Both the position numbers and the translations under genes were made by a program. The notes under the pieces were generated by a model that made no database searches, had not been told where the DNA came from, and saw only the letters and a program-made list of their open reading frames with translations. Shown piece after piece: positions 28,893 through 43,697 of a stretch of 64,000 bases of DNA (within the stretch, counting starts at the first letter, position 1; each line of letters opens with the position of its first letter). Origin of the DNA: Eledone cirrhosa (taxonomy: Eukaryota); assembly GCA_964016885.1 (NCBI GenBank), contig OZ024750.1, forward strand, positions 33,542,001 through 33,606,000, given 5' to 3'.

Positions 28893-28954
<62 letters not shown>
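28798..28954. repeat. (GAA)n(CAA)n compound microsatellite
   Basis: Read directly. Confidence 0.99.
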
Positions 28955-29799
28955 CTTTAGTTGAATTAACTACTAACAAAGATAATACTCTTTATGTTGA
29001 TGTCCTAAGAAATTGGAGCAGATTAAATCATAGTAATGACATAATTCTGTACTATGGATTGTTTGCAAAAGCTGTAAATGTTTTGTTTTGGAGAAAAATA
29101 TTTATATTTAGAATATTTTACTGATTTAGATGTTCACAAATTCAACCAAGCTAGTAAATCATTGATGGCATAAATACATAAACAAAGCGTATATTAATGC
29201 GCATTTCATAACATATTCCGTAGCACATTTACGATAAATGTGTTAGCGGCGATTGATGTTCTAGATGCATCCGCACCAGTGCCTTCTTTTGGCCATAGAT
29301 TCAAATTTATTATTTACACGAAGCGTTCTGAATCCATTTGAGAGGAACAAATAAATCGCTTCCTAAACAGCCATTTCACATGAGTTAGCAACTAGTATAT
29401 TGATTTTATATAATAAAAAAAAGGTGACTATCACTTTTATTGACAGTCGTTCTACTTTAATGGTTGTCAGATGAAATATGTGGAATCCTTTGTTGACAGC
29501 TTATTTCAAAATGGATTAAAATTCCATTGACATTTCTTGAATTAACAGTACATACATAATCCTTTTGTTTATATTTTCAAATTTATATGATTCATAAAAT
29601 TAATTCCTTTGCGCGTTAACCTAAATTCTATTAACGACTAAAACGCGTTTTGTAGATCAAAATAAATTAAAACATTATTATTAATCCCAGCTAGATTTTC
29701 TTTTATTTCATTTCAAAGTAACTTTAATTTGTATGTGTTTGTTTCATTAAGATGTAATACAGATAATATGAGTTTAATTAAAATACAACTTTGAGAAAC

Positions 29800-30320
29800 T
29801 ATAGTTATATCTATATTTTTAACTGTTGGTCAATGATAAACAGTGATTTCCAGCTAAATTATTTATAAAAACATTAAAGAAATATACTGAAGCGAAACCC
29901 AAACCAAACAGTGAGTGTGTTTTGCTATATTTTTCTGGCAATATTAAGACAACATGACTCTCCCCAATTATGATATATGTTTCAACACACGATTTCATAT
30001 CAAAAACTTGCAAAACAAATATATCACCACTGAAGTATACGTTTAAATGAAAATAAAATGTATCAGTTATTTTTCACAAACTTTTATGTAAAGACGGTGA
30101 GGAAACACGGGTGTGTGATGAAAGAACTCTGAGAGACTATATTCATATCTATATTTTTAACTGTTGGTCAATTAAGGATAAACAGTGATTGCTAGATGAA
30201 TTAATTATAGAAATATAAAATATACTAAAGCGAAAACCAACCTAACCCAGACCAAACAGTGAGTCTGATTTATTATATTTTTCTGGCAATATTATAGCAA
30301 AATGACCCTCCCCAAATATA
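29800..30320. repeat. Local duplication of a dispersed repeat segment (also near 33480 and 39675)
   Basis: atatctatatttttaactgttggtcaat...accaaacagtgagt...tttctggcaatatta...atgaccctcccca occurs twice. Confidence 0.75.
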
Positions 30321-30397
30321 ACAATATTTTATGTAAAGTAAAACCTAGATATTACCGAAACATCATACTCTACATTCAACCATTTCGAGGGCAGTTT

Positions 30398-30476
30398 TAG
30401 ATATATGTGAAGTGCAACAAATGCCTGGAAGACGAAACAAACAACTAGAACACAGTTAAAATATCATCAAAGAAAA
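30398..30476 (+). pseudogene. Possible decayed Penelope-like GIY-YIG fragment
   Basis: IYVKCNKCLED then, after a frameshift, TKQTTRTQLKYHQRK; resembles IY.I.C..C...YIG.T...L..R..EH with the YIG segment lost. Confidence 0.4.
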
Positions 30477-30734
30477 TAATAAAGAGAAATGGCTGTCTGG
30501 TATGATATATTAATTAAAACTGTGTAATTAATTCTAAGACATCAAAGCAGAATCAGTTGAAATGCTTCAAAGAAATCGAACCATTTATAGATATTCTAAG
30601 CATTATTTTCATTGAAGAAAATTTGATATCAAAAAGGTAAAAACAATATAATATAAAAAATAAAATAAAACAATAATGACAATTGAAAATATTATAAATT
30701 ATCTCTTACAATAAAATGTCATGTTACAATGAAA

Positions 30735-30942
30735 TTGGCAGCATTGGTAGAGCGTCAGTCAACGTGTTTTGTGGTATATAGTTACGGCCCTTTACGTTCT
30801 GAGTTCAAATCCTGACGCGATTTGCTTTCCCTTTTATTTTTACGGGGTCGATAAAATAAAGTACCAGTAACGCACTTGGGTCGATTTAATCGAATTTCCG
30901 CTCCCGCAAAATTATTGGCCTTGTACCTAAATCAGAAACCAT
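30735..30942 (+). mobile_element. SINE family 1, long form
   Basis: Head, central domain and long tail all present. Confidence 0.88.
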
Positions 30943-31807
30943 TCACAAAAGAGCGCCTATCATTTTTTATCCTCATTAATAAATTCTGTGGTTGAATCTT
31001 ACTTGAAACCCTTTCTTAGACTTGAAAATAATCATGAATCCAATCCAGGGCCTTCTCATTCCTCTTGTTGGAGGAACCCCTCTCTGGTTGACTTCCACCG
31101 CTCTCTGTTTGGTTTTGGTCATCTCAGGGGTGTGGCAGTAGTCACCACGATTGGCCAATTGCGGGTTGGTGAGGCTACCCACACGACTACGATTGTGAGT
31201 CCAATGTTGTAACCACTAAACCAAGCGCCTTCACTGGTTTAGTAGGAACTAATAATTTAATTGTGCGGCTGTTTAATATTTTAAAATACTCGTGAAAAGC
31301 TAAGAATGTATTAATTATCTTGAAGAATATGGTTAGAATCCAAGATTTTATTTGGATTACATATGGAGAGTTGCACTATAGTATTTCCGTCTATGCCAGC
31401 CTTTAGTTCCTGAAGTTCTGTTCACAGTGGTGGATACATGTGGTTTCAGTTCGAGGACTCCAATGCCTTCCGAACCGCCTTCTCACATCCATTCTACCAA
31501 AATATGAAGGCTCGGCAAGGAGTTCCAACCCACCTATCCCAAGATATGAAGGATCATGTCCAGGTTCAGGTTTCCAGTTGCTATTGCGTCTTGAGGTAGC
31601 TTTCATATCCCAATCTCATTCAACCTCTGATTTTTATTTGACTAATGTATATATCTGTTGTAATTGGATTGATAGTCTAAGCTCCTGTGGCCTCCATTTA
31701 ATTTGCTGTGAAATCTTCCTCTACCTAACAGTATCTGACTTTTCTATAGCATCATGGATAATGGATTTATATTATTTCTAAATCCAGATCTATTTAGAGC
31801 TTCGTTA

Positions 31808-31963
31808 TAATAATTGTTACTACTTTTGGCACAAGGCCAGCAATTATCCCAGTGTATTACTGGTACTTTATTTTATCGACCCCGTAAGGATGAAAGGCAA
31901 AGTTAACCTCGGACGTAACTGTTCTGCAAGGCATGGCGTCCGACCCTCTACCGATACTGCCAA
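31808..31963 (-). mobile_element. SINE family 1 with internal deletion
   Basis: Matches the family. Confidence 0.88.
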
Positions 31964-33333
31964 TATACATTGAATTCGTTGAATATATCCTCATTCTTGG
32001 AGTGTGTTGGTATTCTCAGTAAGACACTTCACAATGGAGTTTGTAATAGATTTACGTTATATCTGTATACGTAAGGTTTACATTAATTTCATGAATCTAG
32101 TTCTAGAGTTATGCCTAAATAATTAGCTTTTCTAAACTTACTCTCAAATCCGATTGTTTGCCCCACATTTAAAAACATTTAAAAACAAAATCAACATTCT
32201 TATTGCTTACCTTCACTCAAGTTGTGGCGACTGAAAATCTCAACCTCCAGTAGTGTATCGTCTCTATAGACCGCCACCTGGTAGGTCGAAAAACCCATTT
32301 TTATTTTAAACCTTAGGTAATTCCTTATTAATTCTGTTATTTAGGCAATGTATGTCACAGACAGTAAGTATATATGTACTCATCGCTGTGTACGTTAGGA
32401 AATTTATTTTCCGTTAACAAACAAAAGTTACAAAGTTTCTAAGTACTCAGCACCCGTGCAACGCCGTATTCAACTGTAAGTATATATATAATCTTATTTC
32501 TTTACTTTGTTTCAGCCCTCACGGCTAAGGATATGCTAAAGTGCTACCATCATAAATTTGTTTGTCTGTATGTGTGTGTGAGAGAGAGAGAGAGATTGAT
32601 ATATAAACAAACAGAAACAGAGAAACAGAGAGGGAGAATTACAGAGAGAAAGAGATGAAGTGTGTGTGTGTGTGTGTGTGAGTGAGAGAAGAGACGGGGA
32701 TATAATTGACGATTAAAATCTGCGATTCTCTTTTAATTCTCGATTCTAGCCATTCAATTTCACTTCTACTACTTACGGCCTTTGAACATCTCGCAATCTA
32801 AATGCTATTCATCTATTAATCTGGAGCAGTGAGGTGGAATGGTAGACTGAATAAATTATCAGAGTACCATTTCGAGTGTTAGTCCAAACTTAGCAAAACT
32901 GTTTTATTCAGTTTCTATTCATTCAGCTTATTTAAGCGGAATACGAGTAAAATACTCCTCCGGTACGTCTCCAGCCTGGCATTTTATTCCATTCATAGTC
33001 TGTTCTCTTCTGTTTCTTTCATCTGTTTGGCGTTATATAGAGCAGCAATTCATAAAATAAATAGTTCGGTGCTGATTTTATGTATGTATGCTTCTTACCG
33101 TTGAATAGATAGATTGCGTTTATCTTCCAAATCAAACATAACATCAATTGTAAACAATTTGTCAATTAATAAAGTAATTTTACTTTCACAAATCAACATT
33201 CAAGAGATCGCTTGAAGTTATATATATATGTATATATATATGTATATATATATATACATGACAACACACACAAAAACAAGATGGCGTAAGACAGAACAAA
33301 GGGGAGGCACAAAAACAAAGAAAAGAATCCCCA

Positions 33334-33376
33334 GTCACTGAAGAGGTCACAAAATGTGTGTCGAAAGAACTTTGAC
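33334..33376 (+). ncRNA. Type-I hammerhead ribozyme motif (slightly decayed)
   Basis: gtca CTGAAGA ggtcac aaaat gtg t gtc GAAA gaac TT tgac; stem I gtca/tgac. Confidence 0.6.
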
Positions 33377-33524
33377 AATATATGAACAATCGTCTGGTTG
33401 TGGAACCAACCAACTGGAAATTTATAAATTCCTAAATTTATAAATTTAATTTATAATAAATTGAAGTGAAAGTTACTGGTTCGTGTGTTTCTTATTGGCA
33501 ACATGACCCTCCCAAAGTATAACA

Positions 33525-33610
<86 letters not shown>

Positions 33611-33612
<2 letters not shown>

Positions 33613-33890
33613 TGGCGCCGATGGCTGAGCTCAGTTCGGATCTAGCTGTCGAAACGGCCGGAGCTCAGTCGTAGGGGTCCTGATTATTTTCCTATTACCC
33701 ACTCTACTATATATATATATATAAAAACAAAGAAGGTGTGATAAGATACCAGGTGGACCATAACGCACCAGAGTACTCGATATTTAGGGTAGTAGAGTGG
33801 GTAATAGGAAAAAAGTCAGGACCCCTACGGCTGAGCTCCGGCCGTTTCGACAGCTAGATCCGAACTGAGCTCAGCCGCCGTGGACTTTTC
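33611..33890. mobile_element. Fold-back element, family H
   Basis: Arms about 33623-33708 and 33790-33876, with the family leader inside the loop; flanked by (GT)n and (TA)n. Confidence 0.85.
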
Positions 33891-34032
<142 letters not shown>

Positions 34033-34282
34033 ACAATTTAGCTTCAGGCATAGTTGTATACAGATATGTATTGGAATTTAGTATTTCAGAAGAAATACTG
34101 TATGTTTAAAATAAACATTTGGAAAGCCGTAACTAGGCCAAAATACCAGCGACTAACGCCATCTAGCAGGGTCCAGCGGAAGCAAGGAGGACAATCGTGG
34201 ATACGCATTTTAAACTGAACTGGTTCTCAGCAACACGATCTCTCCCACTCTTGTAACGCCTGGACTTTGAAAACAGGCGAGA

Positions 34283-34357
<75 letters not shown>

Positions 34358-34504
34358 CATGCATATATAAGTATATATACATATAAATATACACATATCT
34401 ATAAACATATATATGTATCTGTGTGTGGGGGGGGGGGTAGTGCATGTGTTTATATATATACATAATACACATACGCACACATATATATATTATATATTTT
34501 TTAA

Positions 34505-34547
<43 letters not shown>

Positions 34548-34644
34548 ATATATACATACATAATAAGAAAGTGTAGGTGTTATATAGGAGATTTATTGCT
34601 CAATCCCGGTTACAAATGTTTCTCAAGCAGCCGACAATCACCTA

Positions 34645-34844
34645 NNNNNNNNNNNNNNNNNNNNNNNNNNNNNNNNNNNNNNNNNNNNNNNNNNNNNNNN
34701 NNNNNNNNNNNNNNNNNNNNNNNNNNNNNNNNNNNNNNNNNNNNNNNNNNNNNNNNNNNNNNNNNNNNNNNNNNNNNNNNNNNNNNNNNNNNNNNNNNNN
34801 NNNNNNNNNNNNNNNNNNNNNNNNNNNNNNNNNNNNNNNNNNNN
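34645..34844. other. Assembly gap (200 N)
   Basis: Run of N; contiguity across it is not guaranteed. Confidence 1.
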
Positions 34845-34920
<76 letters not shown>

Positions 34921-34948
34921 TATATATATATATATATATAATATATAT

Positions 34949-35044
<96 letters not shown>

Positions 35045-36315
35045 CATTATTATGTGTGTGAGTGTGTGTGTGTGTATGTGTGTGTGCGTGTGTGTGTGTG
35101 TTTATGTGTGTTAGTATGTGTGTTTGTGTCATTAACTTGTGTTTGATAATTCGAACGGAGCTATGAAGACCTAAATATTTAGTCCTCCACATGGCGGTAC
35201 TTGCTGTCTCTCTATATACTCAAAAGGTGAGTAATTCATGCAAATGATGCTACCTTATTGCTCAACATCGGTAACCAGTTCAGAAGTTATAGTTGTCGGG
35301 TAAAATAACAATACATTTTCCTGTCTACCATTAGTACACCTCTTCAGAAGTGATGACAACAGACTATTCTACCATACATTCCTCCCCGACCATCTTCCCA
35401 GACTCTCTTCTTTCCAGACCCTCCACCCCAGACACTCCTCCCAGACAATTTCCCTACCTCTTTCAATGAGATATCAATACTTTATCCTCTGTGGCTTCAC
35501 ATTTTTAATTTCTGTAGTTATTCTGAAGCTCCAGTCAATAATTATAACAATTAACCATTAATTAAATGAAATTATCTCAAACATTTTCTATATTATATTC
35601 GTATGAATATGTTTTCTGTTGATTTTTCTAGAAGCTGGTGGAATTGAAAGGACAACAGCCAACAACGAAATAGTTTCATTGTCTCATACCCGGCTTCGAT
35701 TGTGAATTATGTTCTTCGATTGTGAATTATGTTTCATTATGCATAGTAGGGGAGAAAGACAAGGCCCACCAATAATCCATGTCAGGAAACGATTTCCATG
35801 CAGTTCGCAAATTTTACTGTTAGAAATAAAATGCAAAGTAATTGTAAATTTCCTACTACAAACCTGATATAGGGTTTAGTTAGAATTTAATCGTTTCCAG
35901 TAAACTCTGCCAGGATTTTACCATTAATTTCCAAGATTACCATTTATCAGAGTATTACTAACCTGGCATGTTTCCCAATAAGATAATTTAGTTGGAAATG
36001 CTTCTTATGCTATTTCACGTACGACATGGACTAAAATGTTGTGGATAAAGGGAAGTAATTAAAGACGATTTATAGAGAGGACATGAAGAAAGTAATAGAG
36101 GAGTCATTAAAGTAAAACAACACATTAATACCATACAAATGTCCAGTAAATTATTTCCTAATATATTATATCCGATAATCTTAATACCCCAAAATTTCGA
36201 AATACGAGTTTACTTTCTGTTATATTAGAATCACAGTTTTAATAAATCTAAAATTCAAATTCTGTCATATAATCCCACAATAATGTAGTGACTGTGCTGA
36301 ACTTACTGAAGTCAT

Positions 36316-36640
36316 GTGGCATAGTGGTTGGAGCGTTGAGCTCATAATTGTAAGGTTGTGAGTTCGAATTCCGGACCGGGTGGTGCGTTGTGCTGTGTCC
36401 TTGAGCAAAACTCTTTATTTCACGTTGCTCCAGTTTACTCAGCTGTAGAAATGAGTTGCGACGTCACAGGTGCCAAGCTGTATCAGACATTACCTTTCCT
36501 TTGGACAATATCGGTGGCGTAAAGAGGGGAGACGGGTATGGGCGACTGCTGGTCTTCCAAAAATAAAACCATGTCCAGGCTTGTGCCTCGAAGGGGAAAC
36601 TTTCTAGGTACAAAACCATGGTCATTTGTGACCGAAAGTG
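36316..36640 (+). mobile_element. tRNA-SINE family 2, near full length
   Basis: A-box tggcatagtgg, B-box gagttcgaattcc, then gtgtccttgagcaa and actcagctgtagaaatgagt. Confidence 0.82.
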
Positions 36641-36757
36641 GCCAACGATGTTGAACTTTAAATCATTTGGATCCTTTCTTAAGAAACAACACTCAGAGAA
36701 CATTCTGTCATTTACAATAAAACATGTTACACTTCATTAATATCTACAATAAGATGA

Positions 36758-36856
36758 GAGGTTAACTTTGCCTTTCATCCTTACGGGGTCGATAAAATAA
36801 AGTACCAGTAATGTACTGGGTGATTGCTGGCCTTGTGCCAAAAGTAGAAACAATTA
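36758..36856 (+). mobile_element. 5'-truncated SINE family 1 with about 16-bp TSD
   Basis: taatatctacaataag on both sides. Confidence 0.92.
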
Positions 36857-37798
36857 ATATCTACAATAAGCAGTGAGAAACCATCCGAGTGCATCCTCCA
36901 AGTCTATTCAGAATTATATACTATACTTTTAACAAACAAAAGTAGTCGTCAAATGTCAGAAAAATGGTGCCATTTTTTTTCAAATTTGATGTGAAAATTC
37001 GTGTCGTATTTGGTTATCTTCACATGAATTTTATTTTCTTTGATTTTTAAAAACCACATATCTACTACAGCAGATAATAATCAACTGTTCAATACAGTTA
37101 TCTTGTCAGTAATCAAATATGAACTGATATATAATTCACATTTATATCTCACTGAAGTGTGGAAACGAAGTGTGGAAACTCTCCAGAATATAACATAACT
37201 GAAATATTACTGATTAGAATGATATCGCTCTGCTCAAATTAACCGTTTTCATTATCATAAATTATATCAGGTCTATTGGAGGTAGAAACGTCCTTGGAAT
37301 AAATTTATGAATCGATCAATAAATTCACTTAGTTTATCTAAATAAGCCCTGGTGAGAGCAATATTTTATACGCTCCCATCAATCAATAGTATGTTTATTT
37401 TTCTGATCTCAATATTCAGATGTAATGAAATTATTAAAACTTTGTATTTTCTTAAATTCGAAATTTTATTTTTGCACCATATTCAAATCTTCTAAATCCT
37501 GATTTATTTTATTCTATTGCTTCCAATTTAATTGTAATTTATGAAATAGCAACAACGCCACCTCACATTTCCCTTCATCTTATTTATACACGCATAGCTT
37601 TATAATTTATTCCCCCCCCCCCCTCTCCCATTCATTCTTTTTCCTCTTCCAACTATAATAATGCAAGAATTATAACGGGATATTAGATTTATCAATTTTG
37701 TCAATGATACTTCTCCTAACAGCCCATTAAAGTCCTATAGGGTCTGTTTCTTTATCAGATAAACTAGACATTAAATCAAACAAAAACTTTTGTATGTA

Positions 37799-37899
<101 letters not shown>

Positions 37900-38627
37900 G
37901 AGTGCTCAAAAGAAAGAGAAAGAGCAGAGATAGCTGAGATATACTTTAATTTACTGCATTCCTACAATAATAAAACAGCAACAAATACACATTTATGACT
38001 TGTTAGTATGTTCATATCCGCTGAATCAGGCAATAATTGGCAAAATAATCTCGGAAATTTTCACTCAGAAGGATTTTATTAACTCCAGGATCTGGTACAA
38101 AACACTAACCTAATGAGCCATGCAATGGAATAGAGAATAACATTTTGAAGATTTGAGGGATTCTTTTTAACCTCTCGGCTATGCATGAAGGAAAAGTTGG
38201 GATAACTACTAACATGAGTAATGGATAAATAAATGTGCTCTTAAAAACTGGAAAGTGTGAAAATTGTGGGTTGTCACTTCGTTTAAACATATTTATTGTA
38301 CACAGCTGTTTTCTATACTTAAAAAAGAAACATTTTATGTAATATATTTGGGATGCACCAAGTGGAGCTGGCTTGGTCTTCTATTATATTTTTTTTTTTT
38401 TTTGGTTGATACATTAAGTACGGGTAATATACTTGGGATGGGAGATTAATTCAATTCATTTTACACTTCAGATATCTTTTTCTTTTACAAACTCTGTATT
38501 CTGCAGATATTATTAGGCGAAGTCATTGCATTTGAATGTCTAAGTTATTACAATCTGGTTTTGAAAGATGTTTATAGTTTACGTAAGCCGAATTCTCGAA
38601 CTTCTAAGCGTTGAGAGTATATAATAT

Positions 38628-38860
38628 ATCTATCTATCTAAGGCGGGTAAAATTCCCGAGATCCATGGACGAGTTCTCTCCAGCGGTCTCTGTCCCTCAT
38701 TATCGCTGCCATGTCCTGCGTCTCCAACAGACCAGTGTCTGTCCTTAGGGCATCAACATACGTTAATCTTGGTCTTCCTCTTCTAGTGTGTCCATGTAGG
38801 GGCTCCCAAAGGATGGGTGCTACACAAGAATGGTGAGGATGGCTCTGAACATTAATCAGT
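38628..38860 (-). mobile_element. RTE-type LINE 3' end
   Basis: Minus strand reads ILWEPLHGHTRRGRPRLTYVDALRTDTGLLETQDMAAIMRDRDRWRELVHGSREFYPP*, then a (TAGA)n tail. Confidence 0.8.
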
Positions 38861-39071
38861 ATACACTGAGGATGAAAAACTCAGAGCTGTATGGGAGCAT
38901 CCCAAAGGTCAGCTCAAAAGTGACACACCAATCTTATACTACAGTATATATGTATATATTATATATAAGGAAACCTCTTGTTGGGTCAAACAACGCCGTA
39001 CGCTAAAACTATCCACAATACGGAGTGTTCACAACCTCTAACTGGTTTACCTATAACGATAATTTGTTATC

Positions 39072-39119
<48 letters not shown>

Positions 39120-39313
39120 AAAATTAAGATAATCAAAATTATGGGTGTCATGCCAGAAAGACATGCGCCATATCACCCGAAAAATAAGCTCTAAGATTCT
39201 AACGAATAGGTCCAAGTATTTTATAATAACTAGAAATTGATTAACATATAAATAAACATGAATAATCACAGGAGATAATTTTTACAAGTGAGTAATATAT
39301 ACATACTTTTTCC

Positions 39314-39344
<31 letters not shown>

Positions 39345-39496
39345 GTTGATGTACTCAAGTGCATAGATGGTATGAATTATCTTATAAAATATAGTGAAGA
39401 CCCTTAAAAGACGGGAAAAAATCTATATATACAGATATATATATACAGATATATTATATATACATATATATATATATACATATATATTATATATAC

Positions 39497-39527
<31 letters not shown>

Positions 39528-39550
39528 CATATATATACATATACATATAC

Positions 39551-39593
<43 letters not shown>

Positions 39594-39810
39594 CATATAT
39601 ATACATATATATATATATATGGGTATAAATTACAGATATACCCATATACAGATATATATATATAATCGTGTGCAGAACCGAAAACCAACCAAACAGTGAG
39701 TGTGTTCTGTTATTATTTCTGGCAATATTATGACCCACCCTAATATGACCCTCCCCAAGTATAACAATATATATATATATGGATATAAATTACAGATATA
39801 GCCATATACA

Positions 39811-39857
<47 letters not shown>

Positions 39858-41069
39858 GTGTGTGTATATCTGTGTGAGTGTATGTGTGTGTGCGTGTTTT
39901 AGCTTATTGTAAACTGCTACAACGCAAATTTTACTATAACTATAAAATAGTCGAACAAGTTGTCAATATAAACCCCAAGAGACAGAAAATTGTAGACAAA
40001 TTGTCTGAGGGACTCGAACCCACATCTACTGTACAACCGCGTTGATAATTGCACCAAAGCGAACCTGATCATTTACCTGTCATTTTTAATCATTATCTTT
40101 CAACCAGGAGATGTACACAGAGCAACGGTCATATATATATCATAGTTAAATCTCACCGAGGTCACCTTTGCCTTTCACTTTGAAGGGGTCGATAAAATAA
40201 AGTATCAGTAAAGCACTGGGGTTGATTTAATCGACTTTCCCCTCTTCCATTATTGTTAGCATTGTGCCTAAATCAAAAACCATACATAACAAAGTCATCG
40301 GTATAATTGTTGAAGGTCTATTGTCTGTCTGTTTGGCTGTAGCGACGGAGTCACCTAAGAACAAAGAGTGCTTTATATTAATAAAAACAAACATAATAGA
40401 ATTATATAGATCTCTGTGTCTTATATTTCTTTAAATCTCATTGTCTTCCTCTCACTTTTTACTTTGATGCTTTATATATTAAACAACTTCAATTTAGATC
40501 TGGAACTAAAGTTGTGAGAGAGAAACAAAGAGCATTTAGATAAGACTACTTAAATGTTTTTATACTAACTTTTCATGAATTTGAAAAACAAAATTAATAT
40601 TTAACTCTTGTCTGGTTGAAAACAATGGTTAATTTTTAATCCTCGCCTGATTATTTTTCTCTAATTCTCATCCACTCAATTTACAAACATCCAAACAGTT
40701 ATCTATATAATTTGTATCTAAGAAAGAAACACTTGGCATTCTTCTCTACATACACTAATATCACATACACTTATATCACATACACTAATTACATTTTGTC
40801 ATTTTTACTGTAGAATATTGAATAAATTCAAACAATTTTCATTATTAAGATTAATCATAAGTCATTGGACAGAAAACGTTCTTAGTGCGTCGTACAAAAA
40901 ACTTTGTTTTATTTATTCCGGCTCTTTACATACTGAGCTCAAACCCCTCCGACGTCTATTTTAGCTTTCATTCTTCCAGGTTCTATAAAATATCGATTCA
41001 ATCAACTAATTATTCCAAAAAACAATTACAATATTGTGGCCTTTTTAAACATTATTATTAAGATAGATA

Positions 41070-41492
41070 AGGGTGGGGATGCCAGTGTCGGTAGATAGTC
41101 TAATCACATGCTGTATGGTATATAGTGACGTCCCTGTATATTGTGAGTTCAAATCCCGCCGATGTTAGCTTTACCTTTCAATTCTTATGAGGTCGATAAA
41201 ATAAAGTACCATAAAGTAACGCACTGGGTTCGATTTAATCGACTTTCCCCTCCCCAAAATTGCTGGCCTTATGCCTATATAAAAACCATTATTACGATAG
41301 AATAGGCGGTGAATTGGCAGTATCGGTAGAGGGTCGGACACCATACTTTCCAGCATAGTTACGTCCCTTTACGGTCTGAGTTCAAATCCCGTCGAGGTTA
41401 ACTTTGCCTTTCATCCTTACGGGGTCGATAAAATAAAGTACCAGTAATGTACTGGGTAGTTGCTGGCCTTGTGCCAAAATTAGAAACAATTA
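41070..41492 (+). mobile_element. Older long-form SINE followed by a young short-form SINE family 1 copy
   Basis: Second copy (41305-41492) is flanked by duplicated attattacgatag. Confidence 0.9.
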
Positions 41493-42214
41493 TTACGATA
41501 GATTTTGTTAATATGAATAGTAAATCTCTCTCCTGGTTAAAAAGAATTGTTACATAAGCATAAATCGAAGACCGTGGATCAAAGTGTGTACCAGAAGATT
41601 CAATCTCAGTTGAGTTATTTCATTAAACTTTCATGTCTGAAAATTTCCCGGAGAAAATATTGGTTCGCACTACTCCAAGACAGTACACGAAGAAATCTTT
41701 TGTAGTAATGAAATGGTGCGTTAGGAATTATAATATTACCATCGATCTTAATGGTAATATTTTTAGTGACGAGAGAATGTGAGTTTCCAACTATTATTCC
41801 TGACCTCTGATAATTAATCAAGTGCAGTGATGCATTTCAAATTGGAAATCAAAACTGTGTCGCTATTATGGTTCGTCCATAAATTTAACATTGTTAGCGT
41901 CATCGACTATTTCTTTCTAAATCTAATTAACTTTCATATGAAAAGATTAATTATTAGCACCAAACTACATGCTATTTTCTCGTTAATTCAACACACTGTT
42001 CCTTTAGCTCTTTCTACGTACTTGTCTCTTTCTCTTTCTCTCTTTGTCTGTACCTGGTCTCATCTTAAATGAATGATGTGTAAAGAATTTAGAACTTAAC
42101 ATGTGACAGAACATAGAATTAAAGACATGATTAAAACGATTGATTTTTTTTTATCAAATTAAACATTTTAATTCGTCCTTTTTTATATATTTTATTGATA
42201 AGTATTCTCAGTGG

Positions 42215-43290
42215 AGCTGTTCTGTTAGAGAACGGGTCACAGGGGGTGAATAGCGAATGGTTAGTTGAAATATAAGTGGACTCCTTCCTGTCTGACGAAT
42301 AAGCAACCCTGGAACAACAGCAGTAAACTACTAGAGGAGATAGAGCAATGGGTGATCCTGTTAGCTTCCAAGAAAACTCTCACACCCCAGGGATTTAGCT
42401 ACGACGAGGCAAGTAAAGGCGCCGAAAATCTAAAAATATATTGCCGTGTCCTTTCAACGCTGTTAGAACTGGTGATGGGCTTGCGACCTGTTCTGGGAGG
42501 CATGGGATGGAAGCACAAAAGTTGTGTATCCACGACCACCAATGAGAGTCCAGAATGGAACAGGCCATAACGTTTGATTACTGGAATGTTACAACCCTTA
42601 CAGGTAAGAAGCAGGAACTAGTTGAAGAGACTAGTTACTACAGGTTAGATATAGTCGGGGTTCCTCAACAAAGATCCGTGGTTGTGATACTGTAGATTTG
42701 GATGGAGGATGGAGGATGGAAACTCCACGATGTAGGTGTGGCGCCAGCGATGACGACACAAACGGAAGTGGGGATACTCACAAATCCTGGGCTGTCGCAA
42801 TATGTTATCGAATGGATGATATTGGGAGGAAGGATTTTCCTCTTGAAGCTTTGGCTGAAAGGTAGGTCTCTTTGCGGGGCTGCAAGTTTATATGCACCAA
42901 ACAAAAAGTCTGAATACATCCTTCCTTGATGAAATCAGAGCAGCGTTAACTCAGTCATATTCCCGAATGGAAGACTTCAATGCACATATTGGCACTGATT
43001 TGATGACGTTGAAAGGAGTGGCTGGAAGAAATACGAGTGGAAATTAGGAGGTTAAAGATTCTATCCGAGCAAAGAAGAAGGCTTACAAATTCTGGCTTGG
43101 AAATAAGTCCTCCTTCGTGCACTTGCAATACAAGCAGGCACGGAAAGTCGCATCAGAGACAGTAAAGGCGTCCAAAGTTAAGATATGGGAGGAATTTGGG
43201 ATTAAGATGGAATCCTACTTTAGATAAAAAAATAAAGTATTCTGGCAGACCATACGCCGACTATGTAATAAGAAGTCCCTCTCCACACCT
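42215..43290 (+). mobile_element. Decayed RTE-clade (Expander/Rex3-like) LINE: 5' region, AP-endonuclease and linker
   Basis: WNVTTLTGKKQELVEETSYYRLDIVGV, GWKL..GV....EVGIL, YAPN, DFNAHIG, then after a deletion EVKDSIRAKKKAY...WEEFG..ME....NKVFWQTIRRL; contains frameshifts and stops. Confidence 0.88.
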
Positions 43291-43597
43291 GCTGTCGGGA
43301 CTTCGTCTGGGGTTCTTCTCCCATAAAATATATACGGCAACGTTCCTAGTAAAAAATAAAACACTATATAACAAGATGTATGCCAGTAGAGCTATTTTTA
43401 GATTAGAAAAAAATGTTAACATTGTTAAAACCTGAATGACATAATGGGGAAGAGCTCATAGTGTGCCGAAGCCACAACAGCGTTTCAATTTTTATTTGGA
43501 GCTATTTTACTTTCTTGACTCTTGCTAATATCACTGGGGAATTCAAGAAAGAATTCAAGAATGTCTCAATATTTTCAATATTCAATCTCTCTCTCTC

Positions 43598-43697
<100 letters not shown>

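Noticed and set aside
31403-31781. Host exon in the 113-aa or 67-aa ORFs
   Set aside because: No recognisable domain or splice context; more likely a decayed minus-strand LINE fragment, which I could not align confidently.
36316-36390. tRNA gene
   Set aside because: A and B boxes are present, but there is no cloverleaf and it continues into a SINE body; same for the other SINE heads.
42212-42265. HDV-like ribozyme at the 5' end of the RTE LINE (gcgaatgg)
   Set aside because: Could not find the P1, P2 or P3 pairing partners upstream.
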